Notes: generated from the sequence alone by a model not told the origin. A DNA stretch of 63,251 nucleotides, filler included, from Globobulimina sp. (GCA_003354225.1; 55 parts of 55 records of this genome joined end to end with filler, not necessarily neighbours in it), one strand, 5' to 3'; counted from the whole stretch's first letter, positions 33,424 through 44,944 are shown. A program made the numbers and translations.

Positions 33424-34341
33424 GTCCATATGCTGCTGAACTACATAATAAATAACCAAATAAATGTACCAATTACTTACAAAATATATGTAGATAACCT
33501 ACCGTTATTACAATTCATTGAAGGCGTCAACTTCCCAAAATACAACGACACCAAACTATTAATTGAAAATATCTTCATCAAACTCCAACAGATATACCAA
33601 ATTAAACCAAATACACATATATCATTCATAAAAATCAAATCGCATAATAACAACATATTTAATGACAAAGTCGATGAATTAGCGAATTTTGCAGCTAAAC
33701 ATGCAAAATACAGTCCAATTCTCTTCAACGAAATTACATATAATACCACAGTCACGCAACTACATAAACAAATAAATCATAGATGGAGCCAATCCTGGCG
33801 ACAAAGGAATACACAAATACACCAAGACAGCTACCAAATGTTTATAAATAACCCATTATTACATAATAAATTGTATAAAATGATAAAACAAATCAACAGA
33901 GATGAAGCGGCAATAATGATACGTCTCATCTCCGGCCATATAGAACTAAACCACTTTTTAAATAAACACCATTTCAAAGACACGGACAGAAATATCATAG
34001 AATCACCATACTGTGCCCAGTGCCAAAGTAACAAAATTGAATCGATAAACCATTTTATTCTCAAATGTACAGCCTATACACGGCAAAGGAAGAGGATGAT
34101 TGAATCGCTATGTAAATCATGGAATGGATTCAGACATAATAACTGGATAAGTATAGAGAACCTACTCTATCCATATAACATCCGACTCCCTCCAGACATT
34201 GAGACTGAACTAGAACTTGAAGTACAAATAAATATTTGGAAAAACATTCTTCAATTTATCAAAGAAACAAAAAGATTTAATTACCTGTACCAGGTGGACC
34301 TAGACAATATATGTCCTATCATTCCAGATCAAGGAATATAG
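33424..34341 (+). mobile_element. Non-LTR retrotransposon ORF2 C-terminus (RNase H plus CCHC-type zinc motif)
   Basis: KIYVDN...FIKIKSHNNNIFNDKVDELAN (RNase H), RLISGHIELN, CAQC...ESINHFILKC. Confidence 0.85.
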
Positions 34342-34574
34342 TGTACATTTGATACACTTATTTCTAAAAATATATTAGGGAGCATGTCAAAACAATGTGA
34401 TCGCTATATTTCATATTTTGAAAGTGGATCCCTACCTGATCCATGAGACTGAGTTTTTTTGACTGACTTTGTGNNNNNNNNNNNNNNNNNNNNNNNNNNN
34501 NNNNNNNNNNNNNNNNNTTAATTAATTAANNNNNNNNNNNNNNNNNNNNNNNNNNNNNNNNNNNNNNNNNNNNC

Positions 34575-34718
34575 GCAGCTAAAAAATTAAAAATCTTATT
34601 TGTTACTTCAGAAGTTGTTCCATTTGTAAAAACAGGCGGTCTCGCTGATGTTTCATCGGCACTTCCTCAAAAATTATTGGAACAGGGTCATCAAGTACGA
34701 ATTGTTGTACCAAAATAT
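34575..34718 (+). CDS. glgA: Bacterial glycogen synthase N-terminal fragment (48 aa), chimeric
   Basis: Manual translation AAKKLKILFVTSEVVPFVKTGGLADVSSALPQKLLEQGHQVRIVVPKY (KTGGLAD ADP-glucose motif); similarity stops abruptly after PKY. Confidence 0.92.
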
Positions 34719-35592
34719 GTTCGTCTTCATTGCCAAAATGATTGTCAATGTCAGGCAACTTTCTTTTAAGTGCGTGTTCTCCATATTTTGCACGCTTACG
34801 GCGTTTGACTGACTGTGCGATAGACCCAGGTAATCGTACTATTTTTAATGGGGGTTTAGAGGGTTTACGCTGTGGTTTTGCAGTATTACTGCTTCTAAAA
34901 TTGGGCAGAGCTAATAAGGGATCCACCTCTTCAGCTTTCTGCCACTGTGCTAATGTGGTAAATGTATTTAAATCGCCGTCTAAGTCACATTTTAATATGT
35001 TTTCCTTTTTCGAAGGACTGGCACCTTTCTTTGAGGGGCTATAATGGACAGAGCCAACCGGGGATATTTCCGGTGGTAAATCTGGCGTTGAATTGGTTGG
35101 CGTCTCTGTGCCACGAACCGATGCATCACAAATATCAGTTTTATCGATGGCTGCATCTAAATCAATCGATAACTGTTCAATAGAAACACCGGGAGTTATA
35201 GTACCAAAATGGGTGTTAGCTAGTTGACGGTGTGTTTGTTTAGTTACTTTTGCCGGGATATTGGCAACCAAAGACCCAATGGATGGGACTGATGGGTTTG
35301 GATTTGTATATAATAATGAATTTGACAATGGATCTGGCAATGAATTTGAATTTAAATTGGAGATTGTTGGGGTTTCAGATAAAATGGATTTGCGTTTTTC
35401 CGGTTTTGTTCCTTGTTTAATTGAATTATAATTATTGGAATTAGTCGGTAGCTGAGAATAAATAGGGGGCCAATGGGAGTCGATGCGTTTAGAGGGTTTA
35501 AAGGAAGGGGGAACTGGTTTATTGATGATTTGTTGGGAATAATGTTGGAAAGATGTTGTATTGCACCGTGTTTGCCTGCGCCCACTGAACAT
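34719..35592 (-). CDS. Ser/Pro-rich hypothetical eukaryotic protein; the ORF-track C-terminus is antisense glgA and spurious
   Basis: Long open frame with low-complexity composition and a basic VKRRKR segment. Confidence 0.5.
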
Positions 35593-35725
35593 AATCGAGA
35601 TGATGGCAATTGCATAATGTCACTANNNNNNNNNNNNNNNNNNNNNNNNNNNNNNNNNNNNNNNNNNNNTTAATTAATTAANNNNNNNNNNNNNNNNNNN
35701 NNNNNNNNNNNNNNNNNNNNNNNNN

Positions 35726-36121
35726 TTGCGATTGCTCTGCATTGCATAAGGGGCCATATTGTGATTTATATAAATATAACGATCCAGCGTTGTTGTTGTT
35801 GTTGTTGTTGATAGTGGCTGCTTTGAACCACAATGGGTATAATCCCTGAGGAGCTGTAGTATTTGTTAATGTCTGCCCGAACCAGATTTTGTCGATTGGG
35901 TCTGGTTTATCCCAAAAACCTTCATGGTCCAACCATAGCATTGTTAACGTGGCGGTTAATCCAAGGAAGAGAAGGATGCCAATCGAAATTAATGGTTTTT
36001 TGTTCGCAACAACGAAATTACATTTCGATATTGTTGAGGTGACGGAGGAGTATTCAGATTGTGTCGAGTCTATTGATGCGGACATCAATTTGCTACGTTC
36101 ATTTGTTACTTTTGTTGTCAT
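35726..36121 (-). CDS. Type II single-pass membrane protein, 3' truncated
   Basis: ATG start, KKPLISIGILLFLGLTATLTMLWL TM helix, poly-Asn tract. Confidence 0.6.
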
Positions 36122-36154
36122 TGTACTCAGTAACGTTTTTCAGTAACAATTATC

Positions 36155-36777
36155 ATGTCAACAGATAATGATTCTGTGCCGTGGTGCGAAACAGGCGAAC
36201 CAGATCCTATTCTGGTTGCATGTTATGTTGTAATGCATTTAGTTTGGATTGTCAATAGTTTATTAGCATTGATTGGTGCATATAATATAATCAAAACTGA
36301 AGAAATCAAAACAGAAAGACACAAACATAAGAATTTTTCATCAATATTCAAAATATTATACATAATAATAAGTGTATTATTTATGTTGTCGCCTCCTGGT
36401 TTTGCATTTGGTTTACAATCCGGATGGGAGTGCTGGTACAATGCATTCCTACCATGGGAAGGTACTCATGTCAGGTAGACAGATTTCAGAGTATACAGAA
36501 ACGTTTTTGCATCAAATATTTGTCACTCAGATAGAGACGTTTTTGCCTGCTTCCTCTGAAATTTTTTTTGTCACTCTAAAAAAAGCAGCGACCGTAATGG
36601 TTGGCGTAACGTCTTATTTGTATGGTTTGGCAGTGATTTATTTATTCTTCTTGTTGAGATTGAGAATAATTTTCGATGGCATTGGAATCAATGTCAACAT
36701 GCTTTTGTGGGTAATATTTTTGTTTTCGTTTATTATTCAATTAATTCTGCCGATACTGACAACGTTTTCTTCTCTGT
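36155..36777 (+). CDS. Orphan multi-pass (7TM/GPCR-like) membrane protein; intron 36462-36585 (or 36588); 3' truncated
   Basis: Four TM helices after splicing; FFLLRLRIIFDG motif paralleled in 47238-48266. Confidence 0.6.
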
Positions 36778-37036
36778 NNNNNNNNNNNNNNNNNNNNNNN
36801 NNNNNNNNNNNNNNNNNNNNNTTAATTAATTAANNNNNNNNNNNNNNNNNNNNNNNNNNNNNNNNNNNNNNNNNNNNATTTCTTTAGAATCAACGATTGA
36901 CAGCACATATGCTACTATTACAACAAAGATAACCTGAGAACACATTAATTATAAGAGTGCTTATGAGATGAGTAAACAGTTTTAATTAATAGATGATTCA
37001 CTTAATTCATGAAAATTTTACATTATAGTTTTAATA

Positions 37037-37828
37037 TCATAATTTATGGCTCTTTTTGAGACAAATACTAACAATGAATGCAGAAAACGAAGACAATGCT
37101 GCAAAAAAGAAAGGATAAGAAACATTAATATCAAGCAAATATCCTAACGTTACTGGTCCAATAATATACGTTACACCGTCCATTGCATCGATAAACGACA
37201 TTATTTCCCCTCTGTTCGTCTCGTTAGTATAATAAGAAGCGATGGAAGGTGTTGACATCACAAACAATGAGTGTCCAATTCCAATACTAACACCCATCAA
37301 AATAATGTCGCTTAATGCGTATCCAGTGCTCGAACAGAAAATCATTGTCGAGAAACACACAAAACTCCCCAGAATTGGTGTATTTTTCAAACCAATATTT
37401 TTTTGTATTATATTAAAAATATAACCCGAAGTTATTGCGTACACTGTTGCTATCGGCGTAATACTGAAACCAATCTGTAACTTTTTAAACCCATATTTTC
37501 GCATTAAAAACAAGGAAAACATTGATATGTAAGCCACCATTGCCATTGCCTGCAAACATTGCGCTAATCCCAAAACATGCACAGTTAATGGTACACCATC
37601 AGATTTATTTGTATTTATTTCTTGTACATTGTCGCTATTATTCATAATTGTATTTGTATTTGTATGCGATTCTTTTAATTTGACAAAAGCTATCACAAAA
37701 CCCACGGCACCCAACGTAGATGCTGTCAGGTAGGCAGCGCGAATGTGCATCAACTCCATCATAACAGAGCCAATTAACGGACCAATAATGTATGCCAAAG
37801 CCACTGTGCCCCCTAAATAACCAAAATA
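37037..37828 (-). CDS. MFS transporter (TetA/DHA1-like), 5' part replaced by a chimeric fragment
   Basis: Motif C-like GGTVALAYIIGPLIGS, central loop, ETNRGEIMS, IIGPVTLG; eight TM helices. Confidence 0.85.
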   Translation of the reverse strand, partial: YFGYLGGTVALAYIIGPLIGSVMMELMHIRAAYLTASTLGAVGFVIAFVKLKESHTNTNTIMNNSDNVQEINTNKSDGVPLTVHVLGLAQCLQAMAMVAYISMFSLFLMRKYGFKKLQIGFSITPIATVYAITSGYIFNIIQKNIGLKNTPILGSFVCFSTMIFCSSTGYALSDIILMGVSIGIGHSLFVMSTPSIASYYTNETNRGEIMSFIDAMDGVTYIIGPVTLGYLLDINVSYPFFFAALSSFSAFIVSICLKKSHKL

Positions 37829-37927
37829 AAGCACAATAACCAAGGGCACTATGGTCCATACAACCTCCAGAGGAGTATTACCATGTATGAAAGCCCCATC
37901 CTCGTCATCGCCCTTTTTACGCCGAAA
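37811..37927 (-). CDS. coxB: Bacterial cytochrome c oxidase subunit II TM fragment, fused in frame to the MFS gene
   Basis: Manual translation FRRKKGDDEDGAFIHGNTPLEVVWTIVPLVIVLYFGYLG (HGNTxLExxWTxxP signature); higher GC. Confidence 0.85.
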
Positions 37928-38031
37928 CANNNNNNNNNNNNNNNNNNNNNNNNNNNNNNNNNNNNNNNNNNNNTTAATTAATTAANNNNNNNNNNNNNNN
38001 NNNNNNNNNNNNNNNNNNNNNNNNNNNNNCA

Positions 38032-38343
38032 TCGGATTGTGATGTATGGAGGTTTGAAAGGAGTGTATTGGACGATCATAAGTCTACGTTACAGCTAAAA
38101 CACGCGGTGGAAAAGATGGTGGTGTCTGCGTATCAGCATTTGCACGCAGCAAAGGATTTGGAGAAGGAAGGAATGACTGACAATATAAAATCGTTGTTTC
38201 TATGCTCAATGGCTGCACAGAGATATTTGATACAATTGGAAAAGGTGGGATTTGATGTGTTTAGTACAAAATTGCTTGCAATGGGTATGGGATTATCATG
38301 GAAAATGGAGTTAGTCAAGAAATCAATGAGAAATACATTTTAA
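38032..38343 (+). CDS. NDUFAF6: NDUFAF6-like complex I assembly factor (squalene/phytoene synthase fold) C-terminus
   Basis: AYQHLHAAKDL...LFL...YLIQLEKVGFDVF...RNTF-stop parallels the NDUFAF6 C-terminus. Confidence 0.7.
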   Translation, partial: SDCDVWRFERSVLDDHKSTLQLKHAVEKMVVSAYQHLHAAKDLEKEGMTDNIKSLFLCSMAAQRYLIQLEKVGFDVFSTKLLAMGMGLSWKMELVKKSMRNTF

Positions 38344-38391
38344 ATAACAAAGTCAAAGTGCGAGAGTGCAAGGAGATGCATGAATGTTTGT

Positions 38392-38937
38392 TTATGAGTC
38401 GTCGAGCATTTGCACGTCATTGTCTTGGTTGTCATCGCCATGATCTAATTGATAGTTTCTTGAGGTTAAACAATATGGTTTTGGCGGTAGTTTCATTTTG
38501 TGATGATGCGAGACAAAGGGAAGTGGGATGCGGTTTACTTGAGCTGCATCTTCCATCATTTCCAACAGATTTGGAGAATAGATTTTGCGTTTCTGAATTT
38601 GCCGTTTTGCAAAATCAATATCGTTCATATCAATTGCATCTTTTTTACTCTCTGTTCGATGTAATACATTTTCTGCAGCTTCTTTTAAAATGGATGATAA
38701 ATATTGATAGGAATAATCATGTAAAATATCCAATATTGCTTCGTCATAATCTGTTATGCCTTGTTGTTCCAATATATCCTTACACCATTTATAAGGTGTT
38801 GGCTGCTTAATATTGCTGTTAATTGTATTACCACTGCTTGATGTATTTACTGTTTCCAATGAATCTTCTTTTCGTACCGAAAGTGACATGAGTTTAGTGA
38901 CTATAATTGATTCACTAAACGATGAGTTTTGATACAT
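38392..38937 (-). CDS. TAF9: TFIID subunit 9 (histone fold); alternative start at 38889
   Basis: ILEQQGITDYD...YSYQYLSSILKEA...IDMNDI...NRIPLP...LPPKPYCLTSRNYQL. Confidence 0.9.
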   Translation of the reverse strand: MYQNSSFSESIIVTKLMSLSVRKEDSLETVNTSSSGNTINSNIKQPTPYKWCKDILEQQGITDYDEAILDILHDYSYQYLSSILKEAAENVLHRTESKKDAIDMNDIDFAKRQIQKRKIYSPNLLEMMEDAAQVNRIPLPFVSHHHKMKLPPKPYCLTSRNYQLDHGDDNQDNDVQMLDDS

Positions 38938-39573
38938 AACACCCCTAAGTCAGGGTAAGTCAATGGAAGAGTGCAAGGATGAAACGTGTACATAATCATT
39001 TTATATAAACAAAATGTTGTGTTTTAATTTATAAAAACACGACACAAAGGAAAAATCAAATTAATAATTTGAACTATATTNNNNNNNNNNNNNNNNNNNN
39101 NNNNNNNNNNNNNNNNNNNNNNNNTTAATTAATTAANNNNNNNNNNNNNNNNNNNNNNNNNNNNNNNNNNNNNNNNNNNNCTATTTTGAGCTGTTTGTAT
39201 TTGAATACCTCTACATTAAAACATGTACAATTTTTGTATTTCCGAAACAGTAAACATGTACAATCTCCGAGGACTTTACCGACAAAACGATCGAATAAAG
39301 CAACGCAAACAGAAATAACTAGTCAGGTTTCTCCTCATCACTGTTCAATGTAAATTATGTGTTTTACTATACAGAGATAAATTTTATATGGAAATAGAAA
39401 AAGATTTGAAGAGAATTTAAAAAGAAAATATAATGAAAACTATAAAAAAAGCAAAATTATACATACAAATTAAAATTATAAGTGGATTATCATATTTCTT
39501 GTATATAAATATCAAATCCATTATTTTTACAACTCGCGAGCTCCAAACATTTATACAATAATAATAATAACTT

Positions 39574-40153
39574 CTAAATCATTGCGATATTAAATTTAGC
39601 GCCGGGTTCAATCATTCCTCCGTCAGACATAAATGGCGTTTCTTTTTCATTGTTATCCATTTCTAAGTTTATTAACACTTTTTGTTGGACCCATTTAACA
39701 AACATTGCCCATTTTTTCTCATTTCTTGCTCCATTTTTTTTATTATCATTACTATTTTTGATGATTTCCGTATACACATATTTATCACAAGTGTTTTTAA
39801 CCGCATTTTCTAAGATATTTCTTGCTTTCACATAATCATTAAATACAAAAAAATAACAATAACTTAAATGAATATAATGAGCTAGCACCATAATATGGCC
39901 TTAATTCAATAATAACTTCCATCCATTTTATACATTGCATTATTATTTTTCTATCAACTTTCCATTCAAGTTCATTACGCAAATATTCGCAGAAAATTAT
40001 TACCATCAAATACATATTAAATGTTGCTGTTTTTTGAGCAGGTTTTTGTGTCTCAAATGCTGTGATATCAAAACCATAGTCATTATGATAATATTCCCAA
40101 CATTCTGTCATAATATCCATAATTTGAGTTAATTGACAGCCATTTGCGATCAT
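39574..40153 (-). pseudogene. TPR-like helical protein with a single-base frameshift near 39885
   Basis: Two overlapping ORFs join as IELRPYYGA/AHYIHLSYCYFFVFNDYVKARNILE. Confidence 0.45.
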
Positions 40154-40331
40154 ACAACGTATAAAATGTACAAAATGCTTATATTTGTGAAAATATCGTC
40201 TGCGTTGATTTCCATTCCAGATATTTTTAAANNNNNNNNNNNNNNNNNNNNNNNNNNNNNNNNNNNNNNNNNNNNTTAATTAATTAANNNNNNNNNNNNN
40301 NNNNNNNNNNNNNNNNNNNNNNNNNNNNNNN

Positions 40332-40960
40332 TAAATAAAGCATATTACAAAGGCTGCTGACCCATAGCCACGATATGATTTTAAAACAAATAAAAACCCA
40401 ATTAATGAGATATCAGTATGACATCCTGTTTTTTCATACCATTTACCTGGAAAATCGATCCAGTCATTAGATGGATTATAACCATCCAATGGACAGTATG
40501 TTCCATTTGTATTGTTTGTATAATCAAATGCTTCTTGCGCTTTAATATATGTTCATTATGTTGTGTACGTGTAGGTATATAAAATGATCAAACCTGAATT
40601 ATGGAACATATCTTCACAATAAGTACAATTAGTACATGATGGAACACAGTAAGATAAATCAAAGCGTGTAACAATATGCAAATTGTCATCATATTGCGTT
40701 GCATTCAGTGAAATATAATAACAAGGACAGCAGAAATGTTCATACTGTGCATGTTCACCAATGGTTTTGTGATGTGCCCAATATAATAACACTCCCATGC
40801 AGCAAAAACGAATGACATTGAATATCACATAACCGAAGAATTGATGTCTTTTGGGGCATTTAACACAGCAGCAGCAATAGTTGCTATTCCTGCAACAAGC
40901 GCAGTGAATTGCTGCTTCATTGTCGTCATTGGCAGGTACGAGTGGTTCTTGCTCAGACAT
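40332..40960 (-). CDS. Cys-rich membrane protein; intron 40540-40593; 3' truncated
   Basis: MSEQEPLV start, TM helix, Cys-rich ectodomain; splicing joins two ORFs in frame (NS|AQEAF). Confidence 0.7.
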
Positions 40961-41001
40961 TCAAACTTGAAAATCCTGTAAGCAAGTCGACACATTCAAT
41001 A

Positions 41002-41382
41002 ATGTCGTTTCTTTGTACAGGAGAATTACAGCAATTAGTGTCAGGTTACATTCTATTGAATGGATTCTGCAATTTAGGCACTGATGTATGTCAGTTATTA
41101 TATCAGTTTTGTTCATCATTTGAGAGCAAAATTCTTAGCACTGCTCAAATTGAGACATTACGCTCGTTTCTCTTTGAACATAGGTCTTGGAATTTGCATG
41201 ATAACCACATGAATTTATTGTATTCATCATCAACAGTTGATCATCAATATCACAATTTGATTAAAGCAGATACATATTCGTTACTTATTGTTCGTTCGAA
41301 TGATAAAAAAATCTATGATGGGTTTACTCCATTTCATTGGGAAATAAACCATAACACTTTCAGAATAAATTACGGCGGATAT
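41002..41382 (+). CDS. Degenerate TLDc-domain-like protein, 3' truncated
   Basis: LVSGYI motif, then NLLYSSS...YSLLIVRSNDKKIYDGFTPFHW resembling TLDc LLYRAS...IFGGFT..W. Confidence 0.55.
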
Positions 41383-41482
41383 NNNNNNNNNNNNNNNNNN
41401 NNNNNNNNNNNNNNNNNNNNNNNNNNTTAATTAATTAANNNNNNNNNNNNNNNNNNNNNNNNNNNNNNNNNNNNNNNNNNNN

Positions 41483-42532
41483 TTTCCATGTAAAATTAGC
41501 GCTTCTCGCACCTAAATTTGATGTAGATCTGGCATCAATATTTGCAACATCACAACTTCCAATCACTGAGGCAAAATTAAGCGAAATTAATGGTTGGACG
41601 GGATTTATTGCTGTGGCTGGATAAAATGCTAAATCATTCAGGACAGCATGTCGAATTTGAAAATTATCTTCAACTCGAAGGTAATGAAATGATTCACTGT
41701 TTAGAATCAACTCCATTTCTGGTATAATGGTTGATGCTGAAGACAATGAGATGATAATATCAATGTTTTTTATTTTATTTGTAAACAAACACGTTGCTCC
41801 TCGCAATGCGTTATTTGGCCGAGAAACAGAAAATATCTCATCGCATTGATCAGCATTGCCATACACTAACAAATCATTATTGTCATTGTTATTTGTTAAA
41901 TCTATAAAAATTTCTAAAAACGAATCAGAGAAAAATGCAGTCACACCCCAGTCAATTGGTGTTGTTGGACCTAAAGTGGTCGGAGTTAAAGTTGTCGGAT
42001 TTGTTAAATTATCACCAAATACAACCCACCCTTTTGACCACTGATTGGTTGGTATTCCGCCATGATCGATATTAATTTTCACACCGCCAAACGAATAAAT
42101 AATATTGGTCACCGCATCAAATGTAATAGCACCTAATGTTTGAGGATACGGCATTGTCGAATTTAAATTTACAATAATATCGTTTTCGTAGTCATATACA
42201 CGAATAGCATCAGAAACATAAGCGTTGTTATAATCCGTACCACCAAATAATAAAATATATGACAACTGCGGTATTACGGAAGCATGCATTTGCATTAAAT
42301 GTATGGCATTGCCAGCTAAATCAGTTATAGTTTGTCGAGAGGACGTCCATTCATCAGAAATGAAATCATATCTTACTATCAAATTTGTAGTGACACCGCC
42401 AAACATATATAATGTATCACCCACACCAACACAAACGGATTGTAGCATATGTACGGGAATATCTCTTTTCTTACTCCAGCTTTGACTGGCTACATTGTAC
42501 AAATTATTATCATACACTCGCTGCCATCCGGG
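41483..42532 (-). CDS. Large extracellular protein fragment: Kelch repeats, PTT stalk, start of a REJ-like domain
   Basis: LYMFGG, ILLFGG and IYSFGG with YD...W spacing; IGSCDVANIDARSTSNLGARSANFTW. Confidence 0.7.
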
Positions 42533-42680
42533 ANNNNNNNNNNNNNNNNNNNNNNNNNNNNNNNNNNNNNNNNNNNNTTAATTAATTAANNNNNNNNNNN
42601 NNNNNNNNNNNNNNNNNNNNNNNNNNNNNNNNNGTGTTGATTTTTTTGTTAATCCAATTTACTTTTAACTTTGTAATATG

Positions 42681-43684
42681 TTATTATTATTATTATTATT
42701 ATTATTTATTCACGCAAATAATACAATTTACGTACTTTCATAAGGAATAGGTACTTGTTAGTTCAATAGATATCAATCACAGCATAAAAAGTTAGTAACA
42801 TCACAAAGTTGAAATATAACTCAAAATATCTTTAATTTGAATGCTATCAAGGCCACAGTCGGCCTGACCATCAAGGCACATATTAAGTTCCATAATCTGT
42901 GCCACAATCCGCATGGTGGCATCATCAGGAGGCACAGGATGATCCATATTCTCCAAAAAGGCAATATTTGAGTATAATACTGAATGGGTGTTACCCTGTG
43001 AAAGCTCATGAAGAGACTTAACCACTGGGTTGTCTGACCCCATCAGTGTATTATTGAATTTCTGGAATCTTTTTATTACTTGAGTTTTCAAATTATCATT
43101 TCCTGCCAGGAGTGGTAGTAGGATGGAATGGGACACATTTGGTAGTCTCCATACCTTACGCTGAACCACATTCCAGGCAGTTCTGATTTTATCACTGGCA
43201 CGATCAGCTAACTTCCATGATTGAGAACCATGCACAGAGGTGCAATATGTCTGTATTAATCTAGATTTCACATTTGCAGGTGCGACTGAGAAAGCACTTA
43301 AAACATAATTTGCAGTACGAACGAAGTGGGCTCTCTTATGTTCAATGTCACAGTGATCAGATAGGTTAGGAGTAATTAGGGTACCCAAGTACTTAAACTT
43401 TTCGACCCACTCTACATCCCTGCCAGTAACTGTAATCACAGGAAGTTGGGCAGTAACAGTTATTCTTGGAGTAAAAGCCATTACTTTAGTTTTACTTGAA
43501 TTAAATTTTACCTTGTATTCAACACCATAGTTTTCCATAGTATTAATCATTCGTTTCAACCCATCAATTGTGGGGGCTAACAGCGTTAAGTCGTCTGCAT
43601 ATGCAAATGCGCCATAAAAGTTATTATTGATGTGGCAACCTGCGCCAGCATTCTCTAATCTAGACAAAAGTTCGTCCAGATATA
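42681..43684 (-). mobile_element. Non-LTR retrotransposon 3' end: RT (42801-43684), short 3' UTR, AATAAA and (TAA)8 tail; RTEX/CR1-group-like
   Basis: GAFAYADDLTLLAPT, KFNSSKTKVM, VEKFKYLG; microsatellite tail at 42681-42704. Confidence 0.9.
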
Positions 43685-44027
43685 NNNNNNNNNNNNNNNN
43701 NNNNNNNNNNNNNNNNNNNNNNNNNNNNTTAATTAATTAANNNNNNNNNNNNNNNNNNNNNNNNNNNNNNNNNNNNNNNNNNNNAGGTGACTTGATTAAA
43801 ACGAAAACACTTCGACCATGACCTGATTGTTGAGTTCCTCCTTGATTTTGATCAGATTTCTCCATTTCTACAGCAGTTTCCATTTGATCTAATGATAGGA
43901 CTAGGTTTTTGGTGTAAAACTTTCAACATTCAGAAATACGAACAGACAAAAAAGTATACAATATATTTTATATATCTTCTTCAAAATACAAAGAAATCAA
44001 AAAAAAAATTATACACAAGCACACACA

Positions 44028-44834
44028 TTAAATGTGAAATGACCAGCCGTTTGGACGTGAACCAGGATGCTGTGATCCATTTGAATATGGATAAGCATTT
44101 AAGAACTTCAAGCTTGCATTATTATGAAAATTATGTTTTTCATAATCAACCCCTAACTCTCTGATCCAAATTCCAACACCAATATCAAACCAATTTTGAT
44201 AAATTAATAAATCTCTCTCCAACTCATTCATATTTGCATCACTATTTTTATATTTTAATCTCAATAATAATTTCCATAAATAGCCTCTATACAAATGGTC
44301 ATTATCACCATCGAGTATTCTTACAATGCCATCCATATTACAATCATCACCATTAAACACTATGTTTCTTAATTCCTTCAAATCCATAATATTGTCGATT
44401 TTATCTCTTTCAAATTTAAATGGATCACCATAATCCTCATATGGATCACCCAGTTTTTCTGCAGATTCGCGTATCGGTGACGCAGTTAACAACTGTGGCG
44501 GTCCGGGAATAAAACTGTCGTCATCCTCATCATCCATACCGCTATGTATTCCAATTCCGGGTTTATCACTTTTGATAAATGGATGTGTAATAAATCGGAC
44601 ACAGGTCACAGGCATCACACTCACACTATTTATTTTCAATGAATTGTACCATTCATTAATAAACAACGGGGCGCACATATTCATATTATGTACATCACTC
44701 ATTTCTTGATCCAATAACACACATTCAACCACTCCCTGTTTGGGCCATATTATCTGTCCAATCGTTGCTGCGTTGACGTGTACGTTTCTATTATTTATAT
44801 CCTCGAATTCAATGCTATTTGATACTGCAATGGG
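44028..44834 (-). CDS. Hypothetical protein C-terminal fragment
   Basis: Long open frame in AT-rich DNA; no recognised family. Confidence 0.5.
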   Translation of the reverse strand, partial: PIAVSNSIEFEDINNRNVHVNAATIGQIIWPKQGVVECVLLDQEMSDVHNMNMCAPLFINEWYNSLKINSVSVMPVTCVRFITHPFIKSDKPGIGIHSGMDDEDDDSFIPGPPQLLTASPIRESAEKLGDPYEDYGDPFKFERDKIDNIMDLKELRNIVFNGDDCNMDGIVRILDGDNDHLYRGYLWKLLLRLKYKNSDANMNELERDLLIYQNWFDIGVGIWIRELGVDYEKHNFHNNASLKFLNAYPYSNGSQHPGSRPNGWSFHI

Positions 44835-44944
44835 ANNNNNNNNNNNNNNNNNNNNNNNNNNNNNNNNNNNNNNNNNNNNTTAATTAATTAANNNNNNNNN
44901 NNNNNNNNNNNNNNNNNNNNNNNNNNNNNNNNNNNGCCGGCGCC

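Noticed and set aside
38298-38810. 170-aa plus-strand ORF
   Set aside because: Antisense to TAF9 with no protein-like motif
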